A stretch of 63,038 bases of DNA from positions 1 through 63,038 of the forward strand of contig JAYTOF010000159.1 of assembly GCA_043747955.1 (NCBI GenBank), read 5' to 3'. This document shows positions 30,309 to 41,137 of this stretch, piece by piece. This stretch comes from Chitinophagaceae bacterium. GTDB lineage: Bacteria > Bacteroidota > Bacteroidia > Chitinophagales > Chitinophagaceae. Below the pieces are notes generated by a model. That model saw only the letters and a program-made list of their open reading frames with translations, did no database searches and was not told where the DNA came from. A program made the position numbers and the translations under genes. The first letter of the stretch is position 1. The number at the start of each line of letters is the position of its first letter.

Positions 30309-31907
30309 TCATGATATGATGTTGACCAATTGCCTGGCAATTTTTTCCCCATCCATGGCTGCACTTACAATGCCACCGGCATAACCGGCACCTTCACCGC
30401 AAGGGTAAAAATTATTTAATTGAGGATGGGTCAGGGTTTCGCTGTTACGGGGAATCCGGACCGGCGATGAGGTGCGGCTTTCTGCAGCCAATATCACTGC
30501 ATCATTGGTAAAATACCCCGGCATTTTTTTTCCAAACTCAATAAAACCTTTTGCTAAAGCCTGATACACAAAAGCAGGTAATACTTCATTTAAAGGGATT
30601 GATTGTAAACCCGGTTGGTAAGAACAGACAGGTAAAGATGAAGACGTATCACCATTGCTGAAATCAACCATACGTTGCGCAGGTGCAACAAATTTTCCGC
30701 CACCGGCTTCAAAGCATTTACGTTCTATCATCTGCTGAAAATATAACAATGCTAAAGGATGCTTTTCATTGAGCATTGAATATTGAGCATTGAACATTGA
30801 AGATTTTAGTTCTTTCAAAGCATCATTCAATTCAACCTGCACCACCATACCACTGTTGGCATAAGGATTATTTCGTTTTGAAGGGCTCCAGCCATTCACC
30901 ACCAGTTCGCCGGCCGAAGTTGCAGCAGGTGCTATTATACCACCCGGACACATGCAAAAGGAAAATACACCTCTCTTACTTACCTGTTTTACCAATGAAT
31001 AAGATGCAGGGAGCAAATGTTCATCCCTTATGCGGCAATGGTATTGTATACTGTCAATTAATTCCTGTGGATGTTCAATTCTTACACCCAGCGCAAATCC
31101 TTTTGCTTCAATTAAAATTTGATGATGATGTAAAAGTTCAAAAATATCCCGGGCACTATGCCCGGTAGCCAGAATAAATGCATCAGCTTCAAAAATATTT
31201 CCATCACTGGTTTTAACTGATTTTATGTTTTCCTTTTCAATAGTAAAATCAACCACTTTTTTCTCAAATAAATATTCACCACCGCAATCTGTAATTTGTT
31301 GCCGCATAGCAGTAATAATTTGAGGGAGTTTATTTGTGCCTATATGCGGGTGCGACTGGTAAAGAATTTGATTATCGGCCCCAAATTGAACAAATAGATT
31401 AAGAATGCGGTCAATATCGCCTCTTTTATTACTGCGGGTGTAAAGTTTACCATCACTGTAAGTACCTGCACCTCCTTCACCAAAGCAATAATTACTTTCG
31501 GGGTTAATAATTCCTTCTTTATTAAGAATGGCCAGGTCCCTTCTCCTTGATCTAACATCTTTACCACGCTCTAATATAATGGGTTTAATACCCTGTTCAA
31601 TTAAATGTAATGCAGCAAAAAGGCCTGCTGGCCCTGCACCAATAATAACAACCTGCTTTTCAGTTTTGGTTACATCCTTAAAATGGAATGCCTGTATTTC
31701 TCTTTCAATAAATGGCTCATCAATAAATGCATTCACGGTTACATTAACCCAAATGGTTTTTGCCCTGGCATCAATAGATTGTTTTAAAATATGAAAACCG
31801 GTAACCAAACCAGCTTTTTCGCCACTATTAGCGGCAATCAATCTTTTTACAGCTGATTCGTCAGCTGCTTCCGAAGGAAGTAGTTTAAAGGAGATCTTTT
31901 GTTGCAC
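30309..31907 (-). CDS. NAD(P)/FAD-dependent oxidoreductase (conserved uncharacterised dehydrogenase)
   Basis: IIGAGPAG, FGEGGAGTYSDGKL, ATGHSAR, FCMCPGG, GEGAGYAGGIVSAA; GTG start. Confidence 0.88.
   Translation of the reverse strand: MQQKISFKLLPSEAADESAVKRLIAANSGEKAGLVTGFHILKQSIDARAKTIWVNVTVNAFIDEPFIEREIQAFHFKDVTKTEKQVVIIGAGPAGLFAALHLIEQGIKPIILERGKDVRSRRRDLAILNKEGIINPESNYCFGEGGAGTYSDGKLYTRSNKRGDIDRILNLFVQFGADNQILYQSHPHIGTNKLPQIITAMRQQITDCGGEYLFEKKVVDFTIEKENIKSVKTSDGNIFEADAFILATGHSARDIFELLHHHQILIEAKGFALGVRIEHPQELIDSIQYHCRIRDEHLLPASYSLVKQVSKRGVFSFCMCPGGIIAPAATSAGELVVNGWSPSKRNNPYANSGMVVQVELNDALKELKSSMFNAQYSMLNEKHPLALLYFQQMIERKCFEAGGGKFVAPAQRMVDFSNGDTSSSLPVCSYQPGLQSIPLNEVLPAFVYQALAKGFIEFGKKMPGYFTNDAVILAAESRTSSPVRIPRNSETLTHPQLNNFYPCGEGAGYAGGIVSAAMDGEKIARQLVNIIS
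30767..30801. repeat. Five tandem heptamers (YATTGAR) inside the oxidoreductase CDS
   Basis: cattgag cattgaa tattgag cattgaa cattgaa. Confidence 0.85.
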
Positions 31908-31989
31908 GCGTTTGGTTTTTATCCAAAAAGCAGGAGTAATTATTGATAGCTAATCCGGTTATCTGCCAGCCGGAGAAGCGCAGGGCGTT

Positions 31990-32376
31990 TTAAAAAGGTA
32001 AATCATCTACAGCATCCGGAGTAGTTTCAGAGAAAGTATCCAATGGTTCCAGGTAATCATTATCAGTTTTAGAAGTACCAGCCTGTAAAATCTGTTCTAT
32101 TCTCCAGGCATCTAGATTGGTTATATAATTCACTTTTCCATCTTTTTCCCATTTACTGCCTTTAATATTAAAGTACACTTTAATTTCATCTCCAATGTTT
32201 ACCCGGTCAATTATAGCAGTTTTATCCTGTACACATTGAAACTTGGCATAATTAGTAATGGTTCGGCCGTTTATATCTTCGGTTTTCTCTACTGCAAATT
32301 CGCGTGTCTTAAAAGTTTCGGTACGTTGTACAGTATCATACTTGGCAACTAATTTGCCGGTTAGTTCATAACTCAT
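31990..32376 (-). CDS. DUF3127-family protein (SSB-like OB fold)
   Basis: FKTREF..V.FNIKG..W....Y..L.AWRI and acidic DDLPF C-terminal tail. Confidence 0.75.
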   Translation of the reverse strand: MSYELTGKLVAKYDTVQRTETFKTREFAVEKTEDINGRTITNYAKFQCVQDKTAIIDRVNIGDEIKVYFNIKGSKWEKDGKVNYITNLDAWRIEQILQAGTSKTDNDYLEPLDTFSETTPDAVDDLPF

Positions 32377-33244
32377 ATAAATATTTTAATATCCAAAAGT
32401 AATTCTATTTTATTGGAAAATTATTTTTTGATTCTATTCTTTATTATTAAGAAAATTGGTATCTTCCTTTTATTATCGTTAAAGCATTTTACAAAACCTG
32501 ATCAGCTGTTTACTTTTAATTGAATTAAATACAATAAAACTTTCCGTTTTCTGTAAGTTTTCCTGTTAAACCTAATTTGTACACTATGAATGATTACCCT
32601 GTAAAACAAAATCAGTAAACAGGAAAATACCAGTTAAAAGATAAAGCCACCTTATAAAAGCAACATAAAATTTTAATCAGTCTTTCATTTATCTTCTTTA
32701 ATTTTTTTGGCAAAGGGATAACAGGTTTTTAACCAGGTTCCTTTATTGCAGAAAATAAACCGAAAATTCTAAGAAGATCTGTATGCAGTAATCTTAAAAT
32801 ATAAGCCTGATGCATACCCCGGTTTTATCATTTAACCGGGTTATCCGGGTTATCAGTATAAAATAATAAAGAAAGAATCTACAAAAGCAATGGGATAAAA
32901 CGACTTGAATGAGGGAGTTGATGATCCTGTAGCCCAAGGTCATTTATAGGAATTTACAAATGAAATACGGCACGATTTGCCTGTAAATCAGTGAGGTTGG
33001 TAAGATATTATTTCCGGAAATGATGATTTTTATTTTTACGGCTGACGAAAGTAAAATCTTGTAAAAATTACATACTGTGGTTTAATAGAAAAAAACAAAT
33101 GAATAAAAAATTTTTTTTTCAACATTTTATTCGATATTCGCTTTCCTGCGAAGGTTTTTTTTCAATAAAAATGAAAAAGAATTTTAACCGGCAAAGTGCA
33201 AGAGAAACTAATCTTAACTCAATATATAAATTGCCTAAGGACTA

Positions 33245-34678
33245 ATGGATAAAGCTTTTGAAAAAGTATGGATCAATTGTTTGGAGATAATCAAAGACAT
33301 TGTTGAATGGCAACATTTCAAAACATGGTTTGAACCCATTAAGCCGGTTGCGTTGAAAGAAAAAATTTTAACCATTCAGGTACCCAGCCAGTTTTTTTAT
33401 GAGTACCTTGAAGAACATTATGTTTCACTTTTAGCAAAAACATTAAAAAGAGAATTAGGTAAAGAGGCAAGATTGGAATACCGGATAATGGTGGATAGCG
33501 GAAATAGTAAAAACAAGCCCCAAACTGTTGATGTACCGGGACAGGGTTATAAATCATATTCAAATAACGAAATGGATTTTCCTTTAGTAATAAATAATCC
33601 TGTTAAAAACCCATTTGTAATTCCCGGGCTCAAAAAAATGCAGATTGATCCACAATTGAATCATGCTTACACGTTTGATGCTTTTATCGAAGGAGATTGT
33701 AACCGTGTGGCTCGCCGGGCCGGTAAAACCGTTGCAGAAAAGCCAGGTACTACTTCTTTTAACCCATTGGTTATTTATGGAGGGGTTGGTTTAGGTAAAA
33801 CACATCTTGCACAGGCAATAGGTAACGAAGTAAAAAGACTTCATACCAATAAAATTGTATTATATGTAAGCTCTGAGAAGTTTATCAACCAGTTTATAGA
33901 TCATGGCCGTAATGGGGCCATTAATGATTTTATACATTTTTATCAGTTAATAGATGTATTGATAATTGATGACGTTCAATTCTTTAACCGTGCCGAAAAA
34001 TCACAAGATGCTTTTTTCTCTATATTCAATCATTTACACCAGAGTGGCAAACAATTAATATTAACCAGTGATAAGCCCCCAAAAGACCTGGAAGGGGTAC
34101 AGGAAAGATTGTTAAGCAGGTTTCGGTGGGGTTTAAGTGCCGACCTCCAGGTACCTGATTATGATACAAAAATTGAGATACTGGAAAAAAAGATGAAGAA
34201 TGATGGCCTGGAAATGCCCCGTGAGGTTGTAAAATATATAGCTTATAATATCAACAGTAATATACGTGAACTCGAAGGTGCATTAATATCATTATTGGCA
34301 CAGTCTTCGCTTAATAAGAGAGAAATTGACCTCGAATTGGCAAAAAAAGTACTACGAAATTTTGTGAAGTCATCCAGCAAGGAGATTACCATAGATGCTA
34401 TTCAAAAAATGGTGTGTGAGTATTTTGATGTTCCTTATGATAAGCTGTTGCAAAAAACACGTAAACGTGAAATTGTACAGGCACGGCAGATTACGATGTT
34501 CCTTGCCAAAGCATTTACTAAAAATTCGCTTAAAACCATTGGTGAACATTTTGGTGGCAGGGATCACACCACCGTCATTCACAGTTGCCAAACCGTAAAA
34601 GACCTGATGGATACTGACAACCTGTTCAAGGAAAGTGTATTGGAACTGCAGCAGAAAGTTCACCTGGCAGCCATGTAA
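33245..34678 (+). CDS. dnaA: Chromosomal replication initiator DnaA
   Basis: FNPLVIYGGVGLGKTH, IDDVQF, RLLSRFRWGL, NIRELEGAL, FGGRDHTTVIHS. Confidence 0.98.
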   Translation: MDKAFEKVWINCLEIIKDIVEWQHFKTWFEPIKPVALKEKILTIQVPSQFFYEYLEEHYVSLLAKTLKRELGKEARLEYRIMVDSGNSKNKPQTVDVPGQGYKSYSNNEMDFPLVINNPVKNPFVIPGLKKMQIDPQLNHAYTFDAFIEGDCNRVARRAGKTVAEKPGTTSFNPLVIYGGVGLGKTHLAQAIGNEVKRLHTNKIVLYVSSEKFINQFIDHGRNGAINDFIHFYQLIDVLIIDDVQFFNRAEKSQDAFFSIFNHLHQSGKQLILTSDKPPKDLEGVQERLLSRFRWGLSADLQVPDYDTKIEILEKKMKNDGLEMPREVVKYIAYNINSNIRELEGALISLLAQSSLNKREIDLELAKKVLRNFVKSSSKEITIDAIQKMVCEYFDVPYDKLLQKTRKREIVQARQITMFLAKAFTKNSLKTIGEHFGGRDHTTVIHSCQTVKDLMDTDNLFKESVLELQQKVHLAAM

Positions 34679-34809
34679 AATAATTACCAGGCACAATTAC
34701 CCTAATCCAAAAACTTTATTGATTTTGGGTTTTTTATTTCCGGGAAGATTTTATTAATGAATAAAGACTGGTTTTCTTATTTTGTTTTGGGTATTAGTCC
34801 CCATCATTG

Positions 34810-34817
34810 TATTTTTG
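34810..34817 (+). promoter_or_regulatory. -7 promoter box for tRNA-Ser
   Basis: TATTTTTG followed by CC, matches TAnnTTTG, ~100 nt upstream of tRNA. Confidence 0.6.
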
Positions 34818-34920
34818 CCACCCCTCCCAAAAAAAGAGGAAGGGTTCTGCCAGCAGGCGGACAATAAGAACAGTTTACTGATTAATAAATGTAAACTGAA
34901 GTTGGAAAAGAAATAATTCT

Positions 34921-35010
<90 letters not shown>

Positions 35011-35025
35011 AAAGAAAATTTGATT

Positions 35026-35073
35026 GGTTAAACTGTACCACTGTTGCGGATTCTATCACACCCACTCCGCAAA
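35026..35073 (+). repeat. Degenerate direct repeat of the tRNA-Ser 3' half
   Basis: ggttaaactgtacc is identical to 34971-34984; cacccactccgcaaa vs caccctctccgcaaa. Confidence 0.8.
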
Positions 35074-35286
35074 TAGAACTGATCAAATAGATCTATCCCT
35101 TTTTTAATTTATGACAGGTGGCTTTGTTGTAAAAAAAAGTTGTTATTTCAAAAAACAGACGTCGGTAAATTCAATTTTACATGCAAATAATTTATATAGT
35201 CTTAGTTTAAAATTCAGGTACCTGTTTGCCGCTGTTTGGTTCAAAATGATACAACATCAATAAAGTTAAAGTAAATACACAATGTG

Positions 35287-36276
35287 TTATATAGATTCAC
35301 CTGTAAACAACGGTGAATCGGTAAAAATTTCAACCGGCTCAACTTTTCCATCCAGGCAATTCAACATTCTTGTAAAAGCAAGTTTTCCTAATTTATAACC
35401 ACTGGTTTCAATATAGGTAATTTCAGGTGTGTAAAATTTTGGTAAAAACCCATCGCTTAAAGCAATTACTGATGTTTGTGCAGGTATTTCTATCTTTAGT
35501 TCATTCAGGCCTTTCATTACACCAATCAGAATTTCATCACTCATACAAAAGATGGCATCCGGAATTGTTTTTTTTGAAAAGTATTGCCGGGTAATATTTT
35601 TTGCTTCTGAATGTGAATTACAATGTTCAAAAAAAATTTCAACTCCTTTTTTTGTGGAAATAGTTTTTTTTATTGATTGCAATCTTTTTCGGGTTATGGA
35701 ATGCGATTTATTGCCCAGTAATGCCAAAAGCTTTTTTTTATTTTTTTTAAGCAATGATTCAATGGCCAGTTTTGCAGCTTTTTCATCAGGGATGCAAACT
35801 TTATTATAACCTTTACCAATGGGTACCTTGTCAAAAAAAACAAGGGGAATATCAGCCTCTTTAAATTTATCAAATGCCTTCATGTTAACGCTGTTTGTAG
35901 CAAGACACACAAATAAACCGGATACACGGTTTTGCCTGCATATACTTAAATTATTTATTTCGACCCCGGGGTCATTTCCTGATTGTAATATGATCAGGGT
36001 ATAATCATTTGTCCTGCATTCTTCCTCAATGGCCGAAATAAAGCTATCATAAAAAAAGACTGAAATGGTCGGAACTATTAATCCCAGAACCCTGTTTTTT
36101 TTTGATCTTAGGTTAATCGCATTGATATTTGGCTCATAGTCTAAAAAGGAAGCTATTTCATGTACTCTTTTTTTTGTGGAAGCCGATATATCAGGATGAT
36201 TCTTTAATGCCCGGGATACGGTTGATATACTCAGGCCCAGCACTTCAGCCATCCTTTTTAAGGTAATATTCTCCAT
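35287..36276 (-). CDS. LacI-family transcriptional regulator
   Basis: ITLKRMAEVLGLSISTVSRAL HTH, YEPN..A..L hinge, periplasmic-binding-protein-like sensor domain. Confidence 0.93.
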   Translation of the reverse strand: MENITLKRMAEVLGLSISTVSRALKNHPDISASTKKRVHEIASFLDYEPNINAINLRSKKNRVLGLIVPTISVFFYDSFISAIEEECRTNDYTLIILQSGNDPGVEINNLSICRQNRVSGLFVCLATNSVNMKAFDKFKEADIPLVFFDKVPIGKGYNKVCIPDEKAAKLAIESLLKKNKKKLLALLGNKSHSITRKRLQSIKKTISTKKGVEIFFEHCNSHSEAKNITRQYFSKKTIPDAIFCMSDEILIGVMKGLNELKIEIPAQTSVIALSDGFLPKFYTPEITYIETSGYKLGKLAFTRMLNCLDGKVEPVEIFTDSPLFTGESI

Positions 36277-36327
36277 AAATCAATGTATTGGGTACAAATT
36301 TAAGTTTTTTTCCACAACAAACAGTTT

Positions 36328-36341
36328 CGCAAACCTTTGCA
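36328..36341. promoter_or_regulatory. Putative LacI operator (lacI/susC)
   Basis: cGCAAACcTTTGCA, variant of the TGCAAwCGkTTGCA palindrome also at 55221 and 57757. Confidence 0.55.
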
Positions 36342-36422
36342 TAAATATAAAAAACATTAACACTAATTTAATTCATCATAAAGAGAATACTTTTATGTAT
36401 ACGTTCATCTAAACGAAACTAT

Positions 36423-39413
36423 ATGAGAATAAAATTGCTTGTAAAAAGGCTAACTATAGCCATATTACTAATTGCTACCCCATTTATTATGAATGCACAG
36501 CAAAAGACAGTCACAGGAAAAGTTACCAGCGATAAGGATGGTTCTCCGGTTAGCGGGGTATCTGTTGTTGCAAAAGGTGCAAAATCCGGAACGCAAACAC
36601 TTGCAGACGGCACTTTCAGCATTTCTGTAGAAAATGCAGTTACTAAACTGGTATTTTCATCCATTGGATTTGCCACGCAGGAAGTAAGTGTTGGCTCAGA
36701 CCCTGTAAATGTTGTATTAATCGTAACAGCAGAAGGTTTGAACGAAGTGGTGGTAATTGGTTATGGTACTGCCAGGAAAAAAGATCTGACAGGTTCTGTT
36801 AGCTCATTAAAAGAAAAAGATTTTAATAAAGGTATTTATGTATCGGCAGATCAGTTGATACAAGGCAGGGTTTCCGGTGTACAAATGGTAAATAACAGCG
36901 GACAACCCGGTGGTCAAACTACCGTAAAAATAAGGGGAGCTTCGGCCGTAACAGGTAGCGGGCAACCTTTATATGTAATTGATGGTATACCCTTAGATGG
37001 CAGGTCGCCCCGTCCGGGAATAGGCGATATTGGTGTAGGAGGAAGTAATCCGGGTAATAATGCGCTTAATTTTATAAACCCATCAGATATTGCTTCTATC
37101 GACATTTTGAAAGATGCTTCGGCAACCGCAATCTACGGATCAAGAGCAGCTTATGGTGTGGTTTTAATTACTACCAAAAGAGGAACAACCGGACAACCAA
37201 AGGTTGAATTCGGTTCTTCTGTTGGATTTTCTAAAATTGCCAGAAGAATAGAGGTTTTAAATGCCGGAGAATTCAGAGAAGCTCTTGGCTATTATGGTTT
37301 AAGTAATGCAAATGATAAGGGAACTGATGTAAATGCATTGGATGCCATTTTAAGAAGTGCTGTTACACAAAATTACAATTTGTCTATAAGTGGTGGAAAT
37401 GATAATGCAAAATTCAGGGTTTCCCTGGGGGTTTTAGATCAGGATGGTATTGTAAGAAAAACGGGAATCAAAAAATACACCGCCAATATCAGCGCTAATT
37501 TCAAATTCCTGCAAAGCAAGAAATTTGGTTTAGATATCAATATTATTCCCAGCCAGTACAAAGAGGAAATAGCACCTATTTCAAATGACGCCGGTTCAAG
37601 AGGTAGTTTGATTGGTAATGCCTTGCAATGGAACCCAACTGAGTCATTGCGAAAAGCCGATGGCTCTCTTAACGTAGTGCCTGGTGGCGATTTAATAAAT
37701 CCGCTTGCTCTTCAGGAAGCCATTACCGATAAATCAAGGGTAACTACTATACTTGCCAGTATATCACCCTATTACAAAATCATAAAAGATCTTGAATACA
37801 GGTTTTTATACAGTATTAATTACGGTGTTGGTAACAGAGGTACAACGATTCAGCCATTCATTAATTTTAATGATACTTATGGAAAAGGCCGTGTAAGGCT
37901 GGCACAATCGCAATTAACCACCGAACAGTTTACACATACTTTAAGCTACAACAAAAAAATTACTCAGGATTTAAACATAAATGCTGTTGCAGGTTTTGAA
38001 TACCTTAAATATACCAATAAAGGGTATGACCTGGGTGGATTTGGGCAGGCTGGTGTTGGTTTAGGTAATTACGGTTTGGATTATGCTGATTACATTCAGT
38101 ATACAGACCCTACCAACAGAAGTATCAGTTCATATTCTGATCCTACAAATGAACTGCAATCTTATTTTGTAAGAGCCGTGGTTAATTTTAAAGAAAAATA
38201 TCTGTTAACTGCTACATTCAGGTCTGATGGTTCAACCAAATTTGGTAAGAACAATAAATACGGATATTTCCCTTCTTTTGCCGGTGCCTGGAATGTAAGC
38301 AAAGAAGGATTCTTCAAAGTTGATTTCATCAGTTCACTGAAATTGCGTGCAGGTTGGGGAAAAACGGGTAACTCTGAGTTCCCATCCGGAGCTTCTCAAT
38401 TCAGGTATTCATTCCCTAATGGAAGCCCTTCTTTAAGTGCTGCCAATAATGCAAACCCAGATTTAAAATGGCAGGCCGACAGGCAATACAATATTGGATT
38501 CGATATTGCTTTTTTGGGTAACCGGATAAATTTAGTAGCTGATTATTTTGATAAAAAAACTACAGACCTCTTATTCCCAAGCGAACCTTATGTACCTGGT
38601 GCTCCCGGTGGTGCAATCAAATGGGTTAACCTTGATGGAAACATCGTAAATAAAGGATTTGAGTTTGCCATCAACGGTTCAGTGATTAATAAAAAGGACT
38701 TCACCCTGGATTTGGGAGTGAACGCTACTTTTGTTAAAAATGAAGTTTCGGGCCTTACTTCTACCATCAATACCGGTGGCTTACACGGTCAGGGTATTAC
38801 CGGTACTACCGTTGAAGTAATTAAAAATGGTTTACCCATCAATGCATTTTTTACCAAGCGGTTCCTTGGATTTGACAAAGCATCAGGTTTTGCAATTTAT
38901 GAGGATGATGGATATACTTTATATTATGTAGGTAATCCAAATCCTAAGACTTTGTTGGGTATAAACATTAGTGCAGCCTGGAAAAAATTGAGCTTTACAG
39001 CCAATATGAATGGTGCTTTTGGCCATATGCTTTACAATAACACCTTAAACAGTGTAATAAATGTGGGTAGTATCAGTAATGGTAAAAACATTGCCTTGTC
39101 TGTTTTACGTGATCCTGTAAAAGAATCATTTGCCAATCCATTATCAGCTTCTTCCAGGTTCCTGGAAAAAGGAAATTATCTTAAAATGGCTAACATGACT
39201 TTCTCTTATAACTTCGGAAATATTGGGAAAAACATAAAAGGCTTAAATGTGTATGTAACCGCTCAAAACCTGTTTACTATTACCAAGTTTAGTGGATTTG
39301 ATCCTGAAGTAAACGTTGATAAAAACCTTAATGGTGTACCATCAACCGGTATTGAATATATTCCTTACCCATCAGCAAGAGTATTTACTTTTGGATTTAA
39401 TATAGGCTTATAA
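36423..39413 (+). CDS. SusC/RagA-family TonB-dependent transporter
   Basis: CarboxypepD-like N domain, EVVVIGYG, PLYVIDG, DILKDASATAIYGSRAAYGVVLITTKRG plug, beta-barrel. Confidence 0.96.
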   Translation: MRIKLLVKRLTIAILLIATPFIMNAQQKTVTGKVTSDKDGSPVSGVSVVAKGAKSGTQTLADGTFSISVENAVTKLVFSSIGFATQEVSVGSDPVNVVLIVTAEGLNEVVVIGYGTARKKDLTGSVSSLKEKDFNKGIYVSADQLIQGRVSGVQMVNNSGQPGGQTTVKIRGASAVTGSGQPLYVIDGIPLDGRSPRPGIGDIGVGGSNPGNNALNFINPSDIASIDILKDASATAIYGSRAAYGVVLITTKRGTTGQPKVEFGSSVGFSKIARRIEVLNAGEFREALGYYGLSNANDKGTDVNALDAILRSAVTQNYNLSISGGNDNAKFRVSLGVLDQDGIVRKTGIKKYTANISANFKFLQSKKFGLDINIIPSQYKEEIAPISNDAGSRGSLIGNALQWNPTESLRKADGSLNVVPGGDLINPLALQEAITDKSRVTTILASISPYYKIIKDLEYRFLYSINYGVGNRGTTIQPFINFNDTYGKGRVRLAQSQLTTEQFTHTLSYNKKITQDLNINAVAGFEYLKYTNKGYDLGGFGQAGVGLGNYGLDYADYIQYTDPTNRSISSYSDPTNELQSYFVRAVVNFKEKYLLTATFRSDGSTKFGKNNKYGYFPSFAGAWNVSKEGFFKVDFISSLKLRAGWGKTGNSEFPSGASQFRYSFPNGSPSLSAANNANPDLKWQADRQYNIGFDIAFLGNRINLVADYFDKKTTDLLFPSEPYVPGAPGGAIKWVNLDGNIVNKGFEFAINGSVINKKDFTLDLGVNATFVKNEVSGLTSTINTGGLHGQGITGTTVEVIKNGLPINAFFTKRFLGFDKASGFAIYEDDGYTLYYVGNPNPKTLLGINISAAWKKLSFTANMNGAFGHMLYNNTLNSVINVGSISNGKNIALSVLRDPVKESFANPLSASSRFLEKGNYLKMANMTFSYNFGNIGKNIKGLNVYVTAQNLFTITKFSGFDPEVNVDKNLNGVPSTGIEYIPYPSARVFTFGFNIGL

Positions 39414-39441
39414 AATTATATAAATTTTAAAACAGAATTTT

Positions 39442-41013
39442 ATGATAAAAAAATCATTATTGAAGATTATGGTTATCACGCTTTTTACAGTGAGTTGTAC
39501 CAAGCTTGATGAAAATCTCAACGGGCAGTTAAATGAGAGCCAGGTTGGTGGTGGCGGTACTGCCAATACAGCCGCATTATTAAATGGTATCTATGATAAT
39601 ATCAGGGGTACTTTTCAGGATCAGGCCGGTGTTTATGCACTTTGGGAAATGACTACCGATGAGCTAATCGGACCAACACGTGGTGGTGACTGGGATGATA
39701 ACGGTGCATGGCGGGTTTTACATGCCCATAAGTTTGATGCTGATCATGTTCGTGTTCGTGAAGTATTTGCAGCATTGGGTAGTGTTATGTACAGTGCTAC
39801 CGATTTACTGCGTTTTAGCCCAACTGCTCAACAGGCGGCTGAAGCCAGGATGTTACGTGCTTTTGCTGAATTTATGATGCTGGATGGTTGGGGACAGGTA
39901 CCTTACAGGCTACCAGGTGAAAGTGTATTGAACCCACCAAATGTAAGAATGGGAGTGACAGAATTAGATTATATTATTTCTGAATTAAATGCAGTTATTC
40001 CTGCTTTACCTGCATCACCAACTACCAGAGCCAATCAAAATGCGGCAAAGGTATTGTTAATGAAATGCTATCTAAATAAAGGCGCTTTTGCTAATAGGGC
40101 AGCCCCAACATTCAGTACTGCTGATATGACACAGGTTGTTACACTGGCCGACCAGGTAATCGGATCAGGTACTTATACTTTCCGTCCGGTATATTTTGAT
40201 GCTTTTGCGCCTAATAATGTAACAATTGGTACAGAAAATATATGGACACAGGAAAACCGCGGAGGTGTTTCATCTCAAAATATCAGGTCAAGATGGCATT
40301 CAACCATGCACTACAATCAAAATCCTTCCGGTTGGAATGGTTTTACTTCTTTATCTGATTTCTACAACAAATTTGAAGCAACAGATAAAAGAAGAGGTAT
40401 TAATTACCCTTATACATCACCAGGTGCTCCGCCAAATCCGGCTAATGCAATCAATGTAGGTTTTTTAAGAGGGCAGCAATTTGATATGACAACAGGTGGT
40501 GCATTAAAAGACAGAACCGGTGCTCCTTTAGCGTTTACAGATGCTATAAGCATCATTGAAAGGGGAACGAACCTGGAAGTTACCGGCCTCAGGGCTTACA
40601 AATATCCCATCGATTTTCAATACGATAATAACGGAAATGTTGATAATGATTATGTTTATTTCAGGTTGGGTGATGTTTTACTGATGAAAGCAGAGGCGAT
40701 CTTGAGAGGTGGTACAGGCGCCACCAATGCAGGTGGTTATGGCAGCACAGCCCTTGCGGTGGTGAACTCTTTAAGAACTCATCCATCAAGAACTGCAAGT
40801 GCCTTGGCTGCTGTTACCATAGACCAGTTATTAGACGAAAGAGGTAGGGAAATGTATTTGGAAAGCTGGAGAAGGCAGGATCTTATCCGTTTTGGAAAAT
40901 TCTTATTGCCTTGGCAGGAAAAAGCTGCCAGCGATCCCAAGTATTTGTACTTTCCTATTCCTAACGGTCAGGTTGCAGCTAATCCAAACCTAACCCAAAA
41001 CCCGGGATATTAA
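39442..41013 (+). CDS. SusD/RagB-family nutrient-binding lipoprotein
   Basis: Lipobox FTVSC; FRLGDVLLMKAEA, ERGREMYLESWRRQDLIRFG, NPNLTQNPGY. Confidence 0.95.
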   Translation: MIKKSLLKIMVITLFTVSCTKLDENLNGQLNESQVGGGGTANTAALLNGIYDNIRGTFQDQAGVYALWEMTTDELIGPTRGGDWDDNGAWRVLHAHKFDADHVRVREVFAALGSVMYSATDLLRFSPTAQQAAEARMLRAFAEFMMLDGWGQVPYRLPGESVLNPPNVRMGVTELDYIISELNAVIPALPASPTTRANQNAAKVLLMKCYLNKGAFANRAAPTFSTADMTQVVTLADQVIGSGTYTFRPVYFDAFAPNNVTIGTENIWTQENRGGVSSQNIRSRWHSTMHYNQNPSGWNGFTSLSDFYNKFEATDKRRGINYPYTSPGAPPNPANAINVGFLRGQQFDMTTGGALKDRTGAPLAFTDAISIIERGTNLEVTGLRAYKYPIDFQYDNNGNVDNDYVYFRLGDVLLMKAEAILRGGTGATNAGGYGSTALAVVNSLRTHPSRTASALAAVTIDQLLDERGREMYLESWRRQDLIRFGKFLLPWQEKAASDPKYLYFPIPNGQVAANPNLTQNPGY

Positions 41014-41069
41014 AATTTAAATAAAGGCAGTTAGTTTTTCTCTAGTTATTGATTTCTCATAAGCTAAGT

Positions 41070-41109
41070 AGGGGCGGTCCAAAAATATTGGACGCCTCTT
41101 CTTTTTTTT
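41070..41109 (+). terminator. Intrinsic terminator / stabilising hairpin after susD
   Basis: aggggcggtccaa-aaata-ttggacgcctct followed by a T-run. Confidence 0.65.
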
Positions 41110-41137
41110 GCTAAATTCAAATCCTGAAAATAATAGC

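Noticed and set aside
34820-34861. Two small hairpins in the tRNA-Ser leader (cccctc...gaggaaggg; tctgcc-agca-ggcgga)
   Set aside because: They are compatible with ordinary leader structure, with no clear second copy in the window.
36307-36315. Single TTTTCCACA DnaA-box-like 9-mer
   Set aside because: It is an isolated match in the lacI/susC promoter region, not a cluster, and is expected by chance.
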